Below are positions 48,091 through 57,546 of a DNA stretch of 64,000 bases, in pieces. How positions within the stretch are numbered: the first letter of the stretch is position 1; every line of letters begins with the position of its first letter. The position numbers and the translations under genes are program-made. Under the pieces are notes generated by a model. That model was not told the origin of the DNA, searched no databases, and saw only the letters and a list, made by a program, of their open reading frames with translations. This DNA comes from a virus. The stretch lies in IMG/VR virus record IMGVR_UViG_3300043449_002688, positions 1-64,000 of that record; one strand, 5' to 3'.

Positions 48091-48920
48091 GCGAGGAATA
48101 TAAAGGATTAAAATACCCACTTAAATGGCAATGTGATCATGGGCATTTATGGATATCAAATTTTCATAATATAAAATATTCAAAAACTTGGTGTCCATCT
48201 TGTTTTAAAAATAAAACTCGCCATAGGTTAACTTTTAGTTTTGAAAAAGTTAAAACAATTTGTTTATCAAAAGGATTTGAAATCATTTCTAAGGAATATA
48301 AAAATAGCTTAGAACAAATTGAAGTCAAACATATACCTTGCCAAACATCTTTTAAAACTACCTTTCATAATATTACGCATAAAAAAGTTTGTCCAGAATG
48401 CTCTTTAAGAAAAAGAGCCGATATAATAGAAGCTGAAAATTTAGTTAAAGTAAAAGAAGGAAAAATAATAGGTTTTGCTAAAAAATCTAAAAATAATTCA
48501 ACATGGGAATGCGCTAAAGGCCATCAATGGAGAACCACTTGGAGTAATATTAAAAAAGGTTCTTGGTGTCCTTTTTGTGCAGGTAAAAAAAGTATTTCTT
48601 CAATACATAAACAAGCTGTTGCTAAATTATATCAACATAAAAGATGGGATGCTGAAAAAGGATATCAGACTACAATCGAATTAGAAGATATCGTAAATGC
48701 ATTAAAGTCTAAATGTGTTTATTGTGACAATAATGCTACCAATGTAGATCGTAAAAACTCAAATTTAGGGCATTTAAAAGAAAATTGTGTTCCATGTTGT
48801 GGAAGATGTAATAGAGTCAAAAATAATTGTATTTCTTATGAAACCATGCTAAAAATAGGCAAGATATTAAAAGAAGAGGAACAAAATGAAGATAATAAAA
48901 GCGGAGGAGCTGGGTTATGA
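47841..48920 (+). CDS. Zinc-ribbon-repeat HNH-type homing endonuclease between and overlapping the dnaE halves
   Basis: AAGGA-N7-ATG at 47841; three WxCxxGH/H...CPxC repeats; CVYC..VDR..GH..NCVPCCGRCN. Confidence 0.8.
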   Translation: MRRKNSIYRPRLDSQSKINKPGEEKSKKIHTRERKNFSCNSRSFDVNEKRLDDNRASFSRGRGPNITIEDCRRAAEERKGKCLSEEYKGLKYPLKWQCDHGHLWISNFHNIKYSKTWCPSCFKNKTRHRLTFSFEKVKTICLSKGFEIISKEYKNSLEQIEVKHIPCQTSFKTTFHNITHKKVCPECSLRKRADIIEAENLVKVKEGKIIGFAKKSKNNSTWECAKGHQWRTTWSNIKKGSWCPFCAGKKSISSIHKQAVAKLYQHKRWDAEKGYQTTIELEDIVNALKSKCVYCDNNATNVDRKNSNLGHLKENCVPCCGRCNRVKNNCISYETMLKIGKILKEEEQNEDNKSGGAGL

Positions 48921-48993
48921 GCAAGTTTATGACTTATCAGTTTTTCACGAAGATCACAGTTTTGTTCTTGAAACTGGCAATGTAACGCACAAT
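48886..48993 (+). mobile_element. Split intein C-fragment, 36 aa
   Basis: MKIIKAEELGYEQVYDLSV..HSFVL..VTHN followed by Cys+1. Confidence 0.92.
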
Positions 48994-50841
48994 TGCGGAT
49001 TTATTATTTGCGATAAGCCAGTAACTGACTATATGCCTGTTATTAAAATAAATAACGAATGGGTCACAGGCTTTTCTCCAAAGTCAGTTGAAGCAGCAGG
49101 CGGCGTTAAATTTGACTTATTGGGCCTTAATACATTAAGAGACATTCAAATTTGCCTGGATTCTATTAGAAAACGAACAAATGAGAATCTAGATCCATGG
49201 AATTTGCCTTATGACGAAAAAGTTTGGGATATTTTTATAAAAGGCGATGTTGATGGAGTTTTTCAATTTGATACACCAACAATTCGTCCATATGTCATAA
49301 AAACAAAGCCAAAGACCATTGATGAACTTGCTGCGCTAACGGCTCTTGGCAGACCTGGAACGCTAGATGCCCCTGCAGGAGACTCTACGGCAAGGACATT
49401 AGCAGAGCTTTATGTTGACAGAGCAAACGGCGAACCTGTTCAGTATTTGCATTCTGATCTTGAACCTATTTTAAAGCAAACTTATGGAATTCAATTGTTT
49501 CAAGAACAAACAATTAAAATTTTTACATCAATAGGCGGAATGTCTGATGCAGAAGCCGATGAGGTTCGTAGAGGTATAGGCAAAAAGAATAAAGCAGTTC
49601 TTGATATAGCTGCAGAAAAACTTAAGATTGCCTGCTTAAAAAGAGGATGGACCGAAGAACAAGTTGCCGTATTAATTCAACAAATTGAAGCATCTGCTAA
49701 CTATTCTTTTAACAAATCACATGCAGTTTCATATGCTTATGTAGCTTACGCTTGCATGTATTTAAAAACAAAATACAAGCTTGATTGGTGGAAAGCCATT
49801 CTTTCTAATGCTACAAAAGATGAACTTGCTACTAAATTTTGGAAAAACGTACAAGAATTTACCACACTTCCAGATATTAATATTTCTACAGATGATTATG
49901 AAATAGTTGAAAACAAAATCGTAGCGCCTTTTTCAATCCTTAGCGGTGGGGTTGGTGAAAAAGCTTATGAAAGTTTAATGAAAAATAAACCTTATAAAAA
50001 TCTTGAGCACTTTGTTTCTTGTCATTTTCCTACAAAAGAAGAAGAAGATCGCAAGAAAGCCTTGAAAAAGAATGGTATTGATTTAGAAAAAAATGTAAGA
50101 AAATCAGCAGTAACTGCAGCTATAGCTAGAAAATTAATTGCTGGGGGCGTTTTAGATTCATTATTCGAGCCAAATATGTTAATTGAAGAAAAATTGTTTC
50201 AATTTGAACAAGTTAGAGGTCAAATTAAAGGCAAAAAGCCAGAAAAAGTGCCAGATGAATATGTTGGAGTATCTACTTTAGGTAAATACTTATTAAGAAA
50301 AGAGCTTATTCAAATCCATTCTGACGATTTAAGAGAAATAATGCTCCCTAGCCGACATGGTAAAAAACTACCTTGCAGAATTGGAAATGAATATGAGTCT
50401 TGGTTTTCTCAAGATGGGGTAATTGTACTTGATGGAAATCAAATACAATGGTTTAGAAAATACTTTGATTTAGGCGTTTCTATAGAAACTTTAGTTCAAA
50501 AATTTGACAGTCTACTTCAAAATAAAGACCCTTATCAAATTTCTGTTCCTAGTCAAATAGGACACAATGAAAGGTATTTCCAGGCAATAGGTTATGTTGT
50601 AGGCGAAAAAGCTTTTCCTTACAAAAATAAAACCAAACAAGCAACTAGATTAGTTATTGATTTTAATGGATATTTTACTGAAGAAATGATGTGGCCAGAG
50701 CAAGACGAAGACCAAGCGGAAATGGGCTTTAAAAGCCTTCCCGTATTGGCAATATTTGGATTAAATAAAAAAGGAATTTATTTAAAAAAGGTTTTAAAAC
50801 TCTTGAGCGAAACTGACTTAGAAAAGTACAACATGACTTGA
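48886..50841 (+). CDS. dnaE: C-intein plus DNA polymerase III alpha, C-terminal part
   Basis: GAGGA RBS; THN|CGFII; KFDLLGL, GVFQF, GRPG, YSFNKSHAVSY. Confidence 0.95.
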   Translation: MKIIKAEELGYEQVYDLSVFHEDHSFVLETGNVTHNCGFIICDKPVTDYMPVIKINNEWVTGFSPKSVEAAGGVKFDLLGLNTLRDIQICLDSIRKRTNENLDPWNLPYDEKVWDIFIKGDVDGVFQFDTPTIRPYVIKTKPKTIDELAALTALGRPGTLDAPAGDSTARTLAELYVDRANGEPVQYLHSDLEPILKQTYGIQLFQEQTIKIFTSIGGMSDAEADEVRRGIGKKNKAVLDIAAEKLKIACLKRGWTEEQVAVLIQQIEASANYSFNKSHAVSYAYVAYACMYLKTKYKLDWWKAILSNATKDELATKFWKNVQEFTTLPDINISTDDYEIVENKIVAPFSILSGGVGEKAYESLMKNKPYKNLEHFVSCHFPTKEEEDRKKALKKNGIDLEKNVRKSAVTAAIARKLIAGGVLDSLFEPNMLIEEKLFQFEQVRGQIKGKKPEKVPDEYVGVSTLGKYLLRKELIQIHSDDLREIMLPSRHGKKLPCRIGNEYESWFSQDGVIVLDGNQIQWFRKYFDLGVSIETLVQKFDSLLQNKDPYQISVPSQIGHNERYFQAIGYVVGEKAFPYKNKTKQATRLVIDFNGYFTEEMMWPEQDEDQAEMGFKSLPVLAIFGLNKKGIYLKKVLKLLSETDLEKYNMT

Positions 50842-50882
50842 TAATTTACATTTAATATATTAAAATTAATTTAGGAGTAAAT

Positions 50883-51602
50883 ATGAATAAACTTAAAGAA
50901 ATGCTTAATGAAATCAAAGAACAAAAAGCTATGTTGGCCGTTAACCCAGAAGATGTAGACCCTCGCATTCGAAACACTTTTGAAGGCGAATTGCGCAATG
51001 CAACAGAACGCTTAAAAGAATTAGAAGAAGCTTATAAAAATGCTGTTATGGAACATACTGTAGTTATTGTCGTTAAAGGCTCTGAAGCAGAAGAATTTGC
51101 TTCTGTAGCAAAAGAAGCGGCTGTAGCTTTAGATTATAAATTCATTTTAAGTGACATTGTAACGGCTCTTAGAGAAAGAAATGCTCCAGAACCATACGAT
51201 ACAAATACTCATTTTTTGTTATTGGATGAATTAAATAAAATTAAACTAAAGTATAATATGGTAAGATTGCCAATTCCGCAAGTAAATGGATACAATGACA
51301 ATGTTTATGGCTCAGATCTTTATACTGCAATCGATATTTTATTTGAAAAAAATTATGGAGAAGGACTGTATTCTGCCGTTGTACGCAGAGAAATTGGAAA
51401 AATTGCTTTAAGCGGTGAATTTCAAGGCAAAAAACTGCCAGTGTTTTTATACAATCATTCCGGTAAAGTTGATGTAAATTTTTTACCAATTCCAGTTAGT
51501 GTTATTGAAATTAATGAAAAGATGGACAAAGAAAAAGTTTTAGGTAAAATTAAAGAACTAAGAAGCGTTATTAATGGAAACAAAAAAGAAGGCCAAGAAT
51601 AA
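50883..51602 (+). CDS. Hypothetical protein
   Basis: AGGAG RBS; TTGATA-N17-TAAAAT promoter-like sequence upstream. Confidence 0.7.
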   Translation: MNKLKEMLNEIKEQKAMLAVNPEDVDPRIRNTFEGELRNATERLKELEEAYKNAVMEHTVVIVVKGSEAEEFASVAKEAAVALDYKFILSDIVTALRERNAPEPYDTNTHFLLLDELNKIKLKYNMVRLPIPQVNGYNDNVYGSDLYTAIDILFEKNYGEGLYSAVVRREIGKIALSGEFQGKKLPVFLYNHSGKVDVNFLPIPVSVIEINEKMDKEKVLGKIKELRSVINGNKKEGQE

Positions 51603-51619
51603 GGCTAAAAGGAGAAAAT

Positions 51620-52681
51620 ATGAATAACGTACAAATTGGAAAAGCAAATTACGAAAAAAATGCTACTGGATTTGGTGGAGGCTTGTCTTGGTTTTATATC
51701 GAAGACAATAAACCTAACGTATATCGAGTTTTACCACCGCTAAAATCTTTGGCTCCAGCAGGTAAAATTGCTAAGTATTATCGAGTACATCGCGGTATTC
51801 GAGGCACTGATAAAAGACAAAAACCTTTTATGTGTATTGAAGAATCTGATTATAAAACAAAAGTAATTACTCAACATTGCCCAATTTGCGACCATGTTCG
51901 AGATCTAGAAAAAAATCTTGAAAGCGCAAGACTTTCTGGAGCTACTAAAGAACAGCTTATGGAAGTTCGAAAAAATACCATTTTTCCACTACAAAGTGAA
52001 GGTAAATATTATCTGAACGTAGTAAACCAAGAAGGTAAAATGGGCGTTTTATCAGTTGGTTCTAAAATGTTTGCCGGATTTACTGCTTTGGCAAAAGAAA
52101 TGGAATCAAAAGGATTTGATGTCACTGGAATGCAAGGAATTTATCTTAATTTCAAAAAGACAACAGCATTTAAGGGCGACAAAAACGCTGTACTTGCTGT
52201 AGAGCCGTACTTGGCTCCATCAGGGGATGGATCTTTTAGATATGTAACCCATGATCTTACTCAAGATGTGATTAATCGCTTAGACAAAGAAACAGCAGAT
52301 CTTGGCAATTTGTTTAGGGTTTTGTCTTCAGAGCAAATCGCTACCATTATGTCTTACGAGGGTGAAGCTAGAGCTAAGCTGATGGACACTTACTTTGATG
52401 CACCAGAAAAAGTTCAAGCTCAAAGCGTAGACGCCACAGTTCCTGGCACTAACGCTACCTTAGTAAGTAATGTTGTAGCTTCTCCAAGTGGAGGCTTTCA
52501 ATTGAATACACCATCTTTGCCGCCACAAGAACCTGTTGTGCCAAACAATAATGTTGGAGCTTTTTCAGGCACAATGACTTCTGCTCCTCAAGGAATGGGT
52601 CAAACTGTAGCTTCAGCTATGGTTAAGCCTATGGGTCAATTAAGCGATGATGAATTTTTAAGCATGATGCAGAAAAAGTGA
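51620..52681 (+). CDS. Single-stranded DNA-binding protein, T4 gp32-like
   Basis: YRVLPP, H..C..CPIC, YYLNVV, acidic end SDDEFL; sits in the replication cluster. Confidence 0.75.
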   Translation: MNNVQIGKANYEKNATGFGGGLSWFYIEDNKPNVYRVLPPLKSLAPAGKIAKYYRVHRGIRGTDKRQKPFMCIEESDYKTKVITQHCPICDHVRDLEKNLESARLSGATKEQLMEVRKNTIFPLQSEGKYYLNVVNQEGKMGVLSVGSKMFAGFTALAKEMESKGFDVTGMQGIYLNFKKTTAFKGDKNAVLAVEPYLAPSGDGSFRYVTHDLTQDVINRLDKETADLGNLFRVLSSEQIATIMSYEGEARAKLMDTYFDAPEKVQAQSVDATVPGTNATLVSNVVASPSGGFQLNTPSLPPQEPVVPNNNVGAFSGTMTSAPQGMGQTVASAMVKPMGQLSDDEFLSMMQKK

Positions 52682-52688
52682 GATTATT

Positions 52689-53249
52689 ATGAATAATCTT
52701 TCTGAACCAAGAGTTTTGAGAGTGCCTCGCGGCACTCCAAATAAGCCTCCATTAGAACTTAACATGGAGCTTCTTGATACTGCAGAGAAAAGATTGCATG
52801 AAGTAAGGTTAGCCAATCCTGCTATGTCTAAAGACTTAGAAGGGCTTTTTAACGAAGCAGCTAACCTTGCTACTAAATATCTTGCTTGGATTAAATATGA
52901 AATTTTGCAAGCAGAAAAAAATTACTCATTAGATAGGGCTACAGTCATTTTAGAAAAACTTCCAGAAGAAGCGCTTAAATTAAAAGAAAAAGGCATTAAA
53001 ATAAATGAAGATTACAGAGAAGCTTTAATTATTAGAGATGAGGCTTGCGCTAAATCTTTAGATATATTAAACTCACTTAAAGCTGTGCAAGCTTTATTAG
53101 AGGCTTGTTCTGAAACTTTTATTAGAGCGCATTATTCTTCTAGAAACAAAGAAAAAGAACTAGCCCCTACTCCTAATTTTAATGGAATTGTAGGGCAAAC
53201 TTTTGAAGTGCCACAGGCCAATTTTATGGGTAAAATCGGAGGAAAGTAA
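52689..53249 (+). CDS. Helical protein, possibly a UvsY-like recombination mediator
   Basis: All-helical sequence located between SSB and RecA. Confidence 0.4.
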   Translation: MNNLSEPRVLRVPRGTPNKPPLELNMELLDTAEKRLHEVRLANPAMSKDLEGLFNEAANLATKYLAWIKYEILQAEKNYSLDRATVILEKLPEEALKLKEKGIKINEDYREALIIRDEACAKSLDILNSLKAVQALLEACSETFIRAHYSSRNKEKELAPTPNFNGIVGQTFEVPQANFMGKIGGK

Positions 53250-54331
53250 TGAACAAATTTTTGTCTAAATTAAGAAAACTAGAAGGCGCGGTTGATTTTA
53301 GCGTAGGTAACAGCAAAATGCTCGATACACTAAAATGCCCAAGCCCTTCCGTTAACTGGGCATTTGCTACACCAGGATATGGCATTCCTTATGGCTCTTC
53401 CATGCTTTTGTATGGCCCACCAAAAGGCGGCAAATCTATTATTACTAATGCTTTTATTGGCCAACTTCATGCCGACGACCCAGAAGCAATTGCAATTAAA
53501 TTTGATACAGAAATGAGAGGCGCTTTTCAAACAAATGGCGCGTCTTTACAAAAATGGGGAATTGATCCAGAACGATTTATTTCTTATGATGTAAATCAGC
53601 CAGAACTAATTTTTGATAGAATTAATACAGAAATTGATGCTCTTTGTCAAGAAGGAGCAAAAATTAAACTGGTTATTATTGACTCTTTGTCTAATATTGT
53701 TGGGCGAAGAACTCAAAATGCAACATCTGTTTTAACTCAACAAATTGGCGACCAAGCATTAACTCTTAAAGATGGACTAATGCAAATTCTTCCAACTTTA
53801 AGAAAACATGGTATTTGCCTTATTGCTACGGCACATGTTCGAGCTGAAATGGACATGAAAGAACAAATGAGAGGCAAAACCGTAAAAATGCATGCTTCAT
53901 GGGCAACAAAGCATATGTTTGAATTGTTTTGTTATGTAGAACCTAATAGATCTAAAGACGGAAGAGTAAGCTTAGGCGGAGAAGAGTTTACAGATAAAGA
54001 AACTTTGGATTTTATGGATAAAGCTCAAAAAACTGGCCATAAAATTCGATTTAGAGTAGAAGAAAGCTCTTTTGGTTTTGCAGGAAGAACAGCAGAATTT
54101 ACTTTAGATTACAATGAAGGTATTACCAATAAATACGAAGAAGTATTTACCCTTGGGGTTAATTATAAAATTATTGAACGCCCAAATAATGTAACTTATA
54201 AGTATGGGGAAAATCAATACCGAGGGCTTCCTGGCATTCTAACGGCCTTACGAGAAAATCCAGAATTACAAAAAGAAATTTTGGAAAAAGTTATGGCTAA
54301 AGATAGAGATATTTTGAATGCGACAGTCTAA
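53249..54331 (+). CDS. recA: RecA/UvsX-like recombinase
   Basis: YGPPKGGKS, FDTE, VIIDSL, IGDQA. Confidence 0.88.
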   Translation: MNKFLSKLRKLEGAVDFSVGNSKMLDTLKCPSPSVNWAFATPGYGIPYGSSMLLYGPPKGGKSIITNAFIGQLHADDPEAIAIKFDTEMRGAFQTNGASLQKWGIDPERFISYDVNQPELIFDRINTEIDALCQEGAKIKLVIIDSLSNIVGRRTQNATSVLTQQIGDQALTLKDGLMQILPTLRKHGICLIATAHVRAEMDMKEQMRGKTVKMHASWATKHMFELFCYVEPNRSKDGRVSLGGEEFTDKETLDFMDKAQKTGHKIRFRVEESSFGFAGRTAEFTLDYNEGITNKYEEVFTLGVNYKIIERPNNVTYKYGENQYRGLPGILTALRENPELQKEILEKVMAKDRDILNATV

Positions 54332-55338
54332 TGGCTTCAAGAAATAAAATTATAGAAATATTGCAAGAAAATGGCCTGGATTTCAAAGAGAAGTCCAGGA
54401 CTTTTGTTGGCATCCCTTGTCCTATGTGCGGAAGGGAAGATAAATTTTCTATTTTAAAAGCAAATGGACATACTATTTGCTATAGAGGCTCTTGCGATTA
54501 TGGCAAAAAAAGCTTTGTTGGATTTATTCAAGCGCTTTTAGGTGTTTCTACTGAAGAAGCAATAGAAAAACTTAAGGGTGAAAAAGATGAATTTAAAGGA
54601 ATTTTAGATTCAGGTTTGATTTTAGACTTTGAAATAAAAGATCCTTTTGAGATAAAAGACGAAATTGAATCAGATCTTTTGTCTGAGCTAGAAGCAAAAA
54701 CTTACCCAGAATGGTATATGATACCTGTTGTTTCTTTAGAAGCAAAAGAAGGTATGGATTATTTAGAAAGTCGCGGTATTACAAAAGAAATTGCCCAAAA
54801 ATTAGAAATATATTATTCTTCTTTTTATAAAAGAGTATATTTTCCTATAAAAATTAATGGAATTTTTTACGGATATCAAGGTCGGGCTATTAAAAAAGTT
54901 AGCGATAAAGATAGAGTTAGGAATAACGAAGGATTTCGGCGTGACACTTTAGTTATGTTTGCCGATAATTTATTAACGTGCAAAGATGCAATCTTGGCAG
55001 AAGGTCCTGTAGATGCAATAAAATTTGACCTAGTAGGCGGATATGTTGCTACCATGGGAAAAGAAATCACAGAAAAGCAATTGCAAATTATATTAAATTA
55101 TAATCCAGACAGAATATTTCTTGCCTTAGATGACGATGCATCTTACGAAATGATGTTATTGATCGATAAAATTCCCAAGCCAATTTATAAAATAGAAGTT
55201 CCAGAATCTTGCAAACAAAGATGCAAAATCTTAGGTAAAAAAGCAGATTTTGGAGAATGCACGTTTGAAGAAGCAAAAGAAGCAAAAGAAAATGCAAAAC
55301 TTTTAAAAAAAGAATCTTTATTATTGTATTTAAAGTAA
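54331..55338 (+). CDS. DNA primase (Zn finger plus TOPRIM)
   Basis: CPMC..C..C, YLESRGI, YQGR, AEGPVDA, LALDDDA. Confidence 0.88.
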   Translation: MASRNKIIEILQENGLDFKEKSRTFVGIPCPMCGREDKFSILKANGHTICYRGSCDYGKKSFVGFIQALLGVSTEEAIEKLKGEKDEFKGILDSGLILDFEIKDPFEIKDEIESDLLSELEAKTYPEWYMIPVVSLEAKEGMDYLESRGITKEIAQKLEIYYSSFYKRVYFPIKINGIFYGYQGRAIKKVSDKDRVRNNEGFRRDTLVMFADNLLTCKDAILAEGPVDAIKFDLVGGYVATMGKEITEKQLQIILNYNPDRIFLALDDDASYEMMLLIDKIPKPIYKIEVPESCKQRCKILGKKADFGECTFEEAKEAKENAKLLKKESLLLYLK

Positions 55339-55375
55339 AACACTGGAATAATAAAGCATACCGTTCGGAGTCCAA

Positions 55376-57034
55376 ATGTCTGCTGAAGAAAAACAAGATT
55401 ATTTTGTTATAGATCAGCCAGCAATGCTTGCAATTATTGGACATTGTTTGTCTGATTTGCAGTTTTTAAGAAATTGCGCTAAAAATTTAACAAAAAGCCA
55501 TATCGAACATCCTATTCTTGCAGATTTATATGATTACATTTCAGGATATTATAAGCAATTTGAATGCGCTCCTACAGTTAATGAAGTAGAAAGCCATTTG
55601 TTTGCAAAGTATCCCGATAAAATATCTTACGATAAATATAGACTTGCTTTACATGAATCTGTAGCTAAAAGAGAAAATTTTTCAAAAAAAATGCTTACAA
55701 CTAGGATTTCTGGTTGGCTAAAACTTATTACCATGAAAAAAGGGTTAGTTCAAACAGCCCATCTTTTTAATGGCAATAAATATGATCAAGCTGAAAGAGA
55801 GCTTTCTCAATTAGCAGTAAAGCTAAGAGAAGCTAAATTTGAAGAAGAAACTAGAGCAAATCTTTCTAATATTCGAGATAGACTTGATAAGCTTGCCTTG
55901 CAAAAAGGCGAGGCTTGTACTTTAGGAAATGCAGAATTTGATAATGCTGTATTAGAAGGCTCAAAACTTACTGGACCTACAGTCTCTCTAAGCGACTTAA
56001 AAACGCAAACAAGCGGCTGTTTGTTACCTGGAGAAATTACCATGGTTCTTGGTCCATCAAACTCAGGTAAAACCACTGCTCTAGCGACAATTGTAGTTTC
56101 AAATATAGCTATTGGCAAAAAAGTTTGCATAGTAAGCCATGAAGAAAGCGAAGATAAAATGGCTATTAAGCTATTTCAATCTTTTACAGAGCTTACTGGC
56201 GAAGAAATGTCATATTACAATAGCAGTAAATTTGAAAACGCAGAAAAAACATGGAAACACTTGGCAGAAAAAAATCTGTTTACGTATGAATGGATTAAAC
56301 CTGGAAGAATGTTTTGTGAAGATGTCATAGATATGATCTCTAATGAACATGAAAAACAAGTAGTTGAAACCGGCAAAGGATTCGATCTTGTTCTTGTTGA
56401 TTATCCTGCAAAAACAAAAAGCCGTGATTATGGAAAAAATAAAAACGATTGGGATGAAAAAGAGTACGTTTACGAACAATATCGGCTTTTAGCAAGAAAG
56501 TATCAATTTCATTGTATAACTCCAGTTCAAACAAACCGAGAAGGATTTAGAGCAAATAAAGACGGGGCGCAAATGCTAGACATGGACAATGCTGCAAGCG
56601 GTTTCGGAATCATGACCCTTGCTGACATTGTAATTTCTATCAACAGAAGTTACAACGACGTTTCTTTGTTTGTCGTCAAATTCTTTATAGCAAAATCTCG
56701 TCAAGGTCCAAATAAAAAGACCTTTATATCAGAAACTAGGTATGATCTTGGCCGAACTCATGGTGTAGGCTATGGATGCTTTGTAGCTCCTCCAGTAGAT
56801 GCAAATAAAATAGATGACAATTACATTACACATCATTTAAGTGCTACAGGAAGGCCCAAAACTAAAGCATTAATTGATAGATTAGCAGAACGAAATGCTA
56901 ATCTAATTCTTGAAAATATCCCTTCGGCAAAGGGCAGTGTGCCAATTCAAGAAATATCGTTAAAGCAAAATTTACAATCTGCTAAAAATTTAGCAGAAAT
57001 TAAAGTAGATTCTAAAGGAAATCCAATAACTTAG
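55376..57034 (+). CDS. DnaB-like replicative helicase
   Basis: GPSNSGKTT, SHEE, LVDYP, VQTNR, AKSR. Confidence 0.88.
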   Translation: MSAEEKQDYFVIDQPAMLAIIGHCLSDLQFLRNCAKNLTKSHIEHPILADLYDYISGYYKQFECAPTVNEVESHLFAKYPDKISYDKYRLALHESVAKRENFSKKMLTTRISGWLKLITMKKGLVQTAHLFNGNKYDQAERELSQLAVKLREAKFEEETRANLSNIRDRLDKLALQKGEACTLGNAEFDNAVLEGSKLTGPTVSLSDLKTQTSGCLLPGEITMVLGPSNSGKTTALATIVVSNIAIGKKVCIVSHEESEDKMAIKLFQSFTELTGEEMSYYNSSKFENAEKTWKHLAEKNLFTYEWIKPGRMFCEDVIDMISNEHEKQVVETGKGFDLVLVDYPAKTKSRDYGKNKNDWDEKEYVYEQYRLLARKYQFHCITPVQTNREGFRANKDGAQMLDMDNAASGFGIMTLADIVISINRSYNDVSLFVVKFFIAKSRQGPNKKTFISETRYDLGRTHGVGYGCFVAPPVDANKIDDNYITHHLSATGRPKTKALIDRLAERNANLILENIPSAKGSVPIQEISLKQNLQSAKNLAEIKVDSKGNPIT

Positions 57035-57042
57035 AGGTAATT

Positions 57043-57546
57043 ATGCCACAGATTATTAAACTTTTAATGGCAGCAATTGTATTAGTAGCAGTTTCTTTTA
57101 TGGTAGGTCGCCATAATGCTCCAGTTAAAACTGTAACAAAAGTTGAAGAAAAAATAGTAGTAAAAGAAGTAATTAAATGGAAAGAAAAAAAAGTTAAAGA
57201 TGAAAACAAAAATAAAGAAACGGTTATTGTAGAAACAGTGTATCCAGATGGTACAATTAAAAGAGAAACCAGAATAATCGATAAAGGAACTATTAAGGTA
57301 GCAGTAGAAAAAGAAGGCTCTAAATCTTCCGAAAAAACAACTACTGTTTCTAAAGAACAGCTTCAAGTGTCGGACAATAAACAGTGGAATGTTTCTGTAC
57401 TTGCTGGAACGGATAAATTAAGTTATAATGATTTAAAACTAGACTATGGACTTCATGTTCAAAAAACCATTCTTGGTCCTTTTTCTTTAGGAGCGTTTGG
57501 ATTAACTAATGGGTCGGTAGGCTTAAGTGTCGGAGGGTCTTTCTAA
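57043..57546 (+). CDS. Membrane-anchored protein with C-terminal amphipathic beta strands
   Basis: N-terminal TM, charged linker, ends GLSVGGSF. Confidence 0.55.
   Translation: MPQIIKLLMAAIVLVAVSFMVGRHNAPVKTVTKVEEKIVVKEVIKWKEKKVKDENKNKETVIVETVYPDGTIKRETRIIDKGTIKVAVEKEGSKSSEKTTTVSKEQLQVSDNKQWNVSVLAGTDKLSYNDLKLDYGLHVQKTILGPFSLGAFGLTNGSVGLSVGGSF

Noticed and set aside
48090-48886. Group I intron interrupting dnaE
   Set aside because: The interval is fully occupied by the endonuclease ORF with no room for an evident ribozyme core, and the intein motifs plus a separate RBS/ATG explain the split
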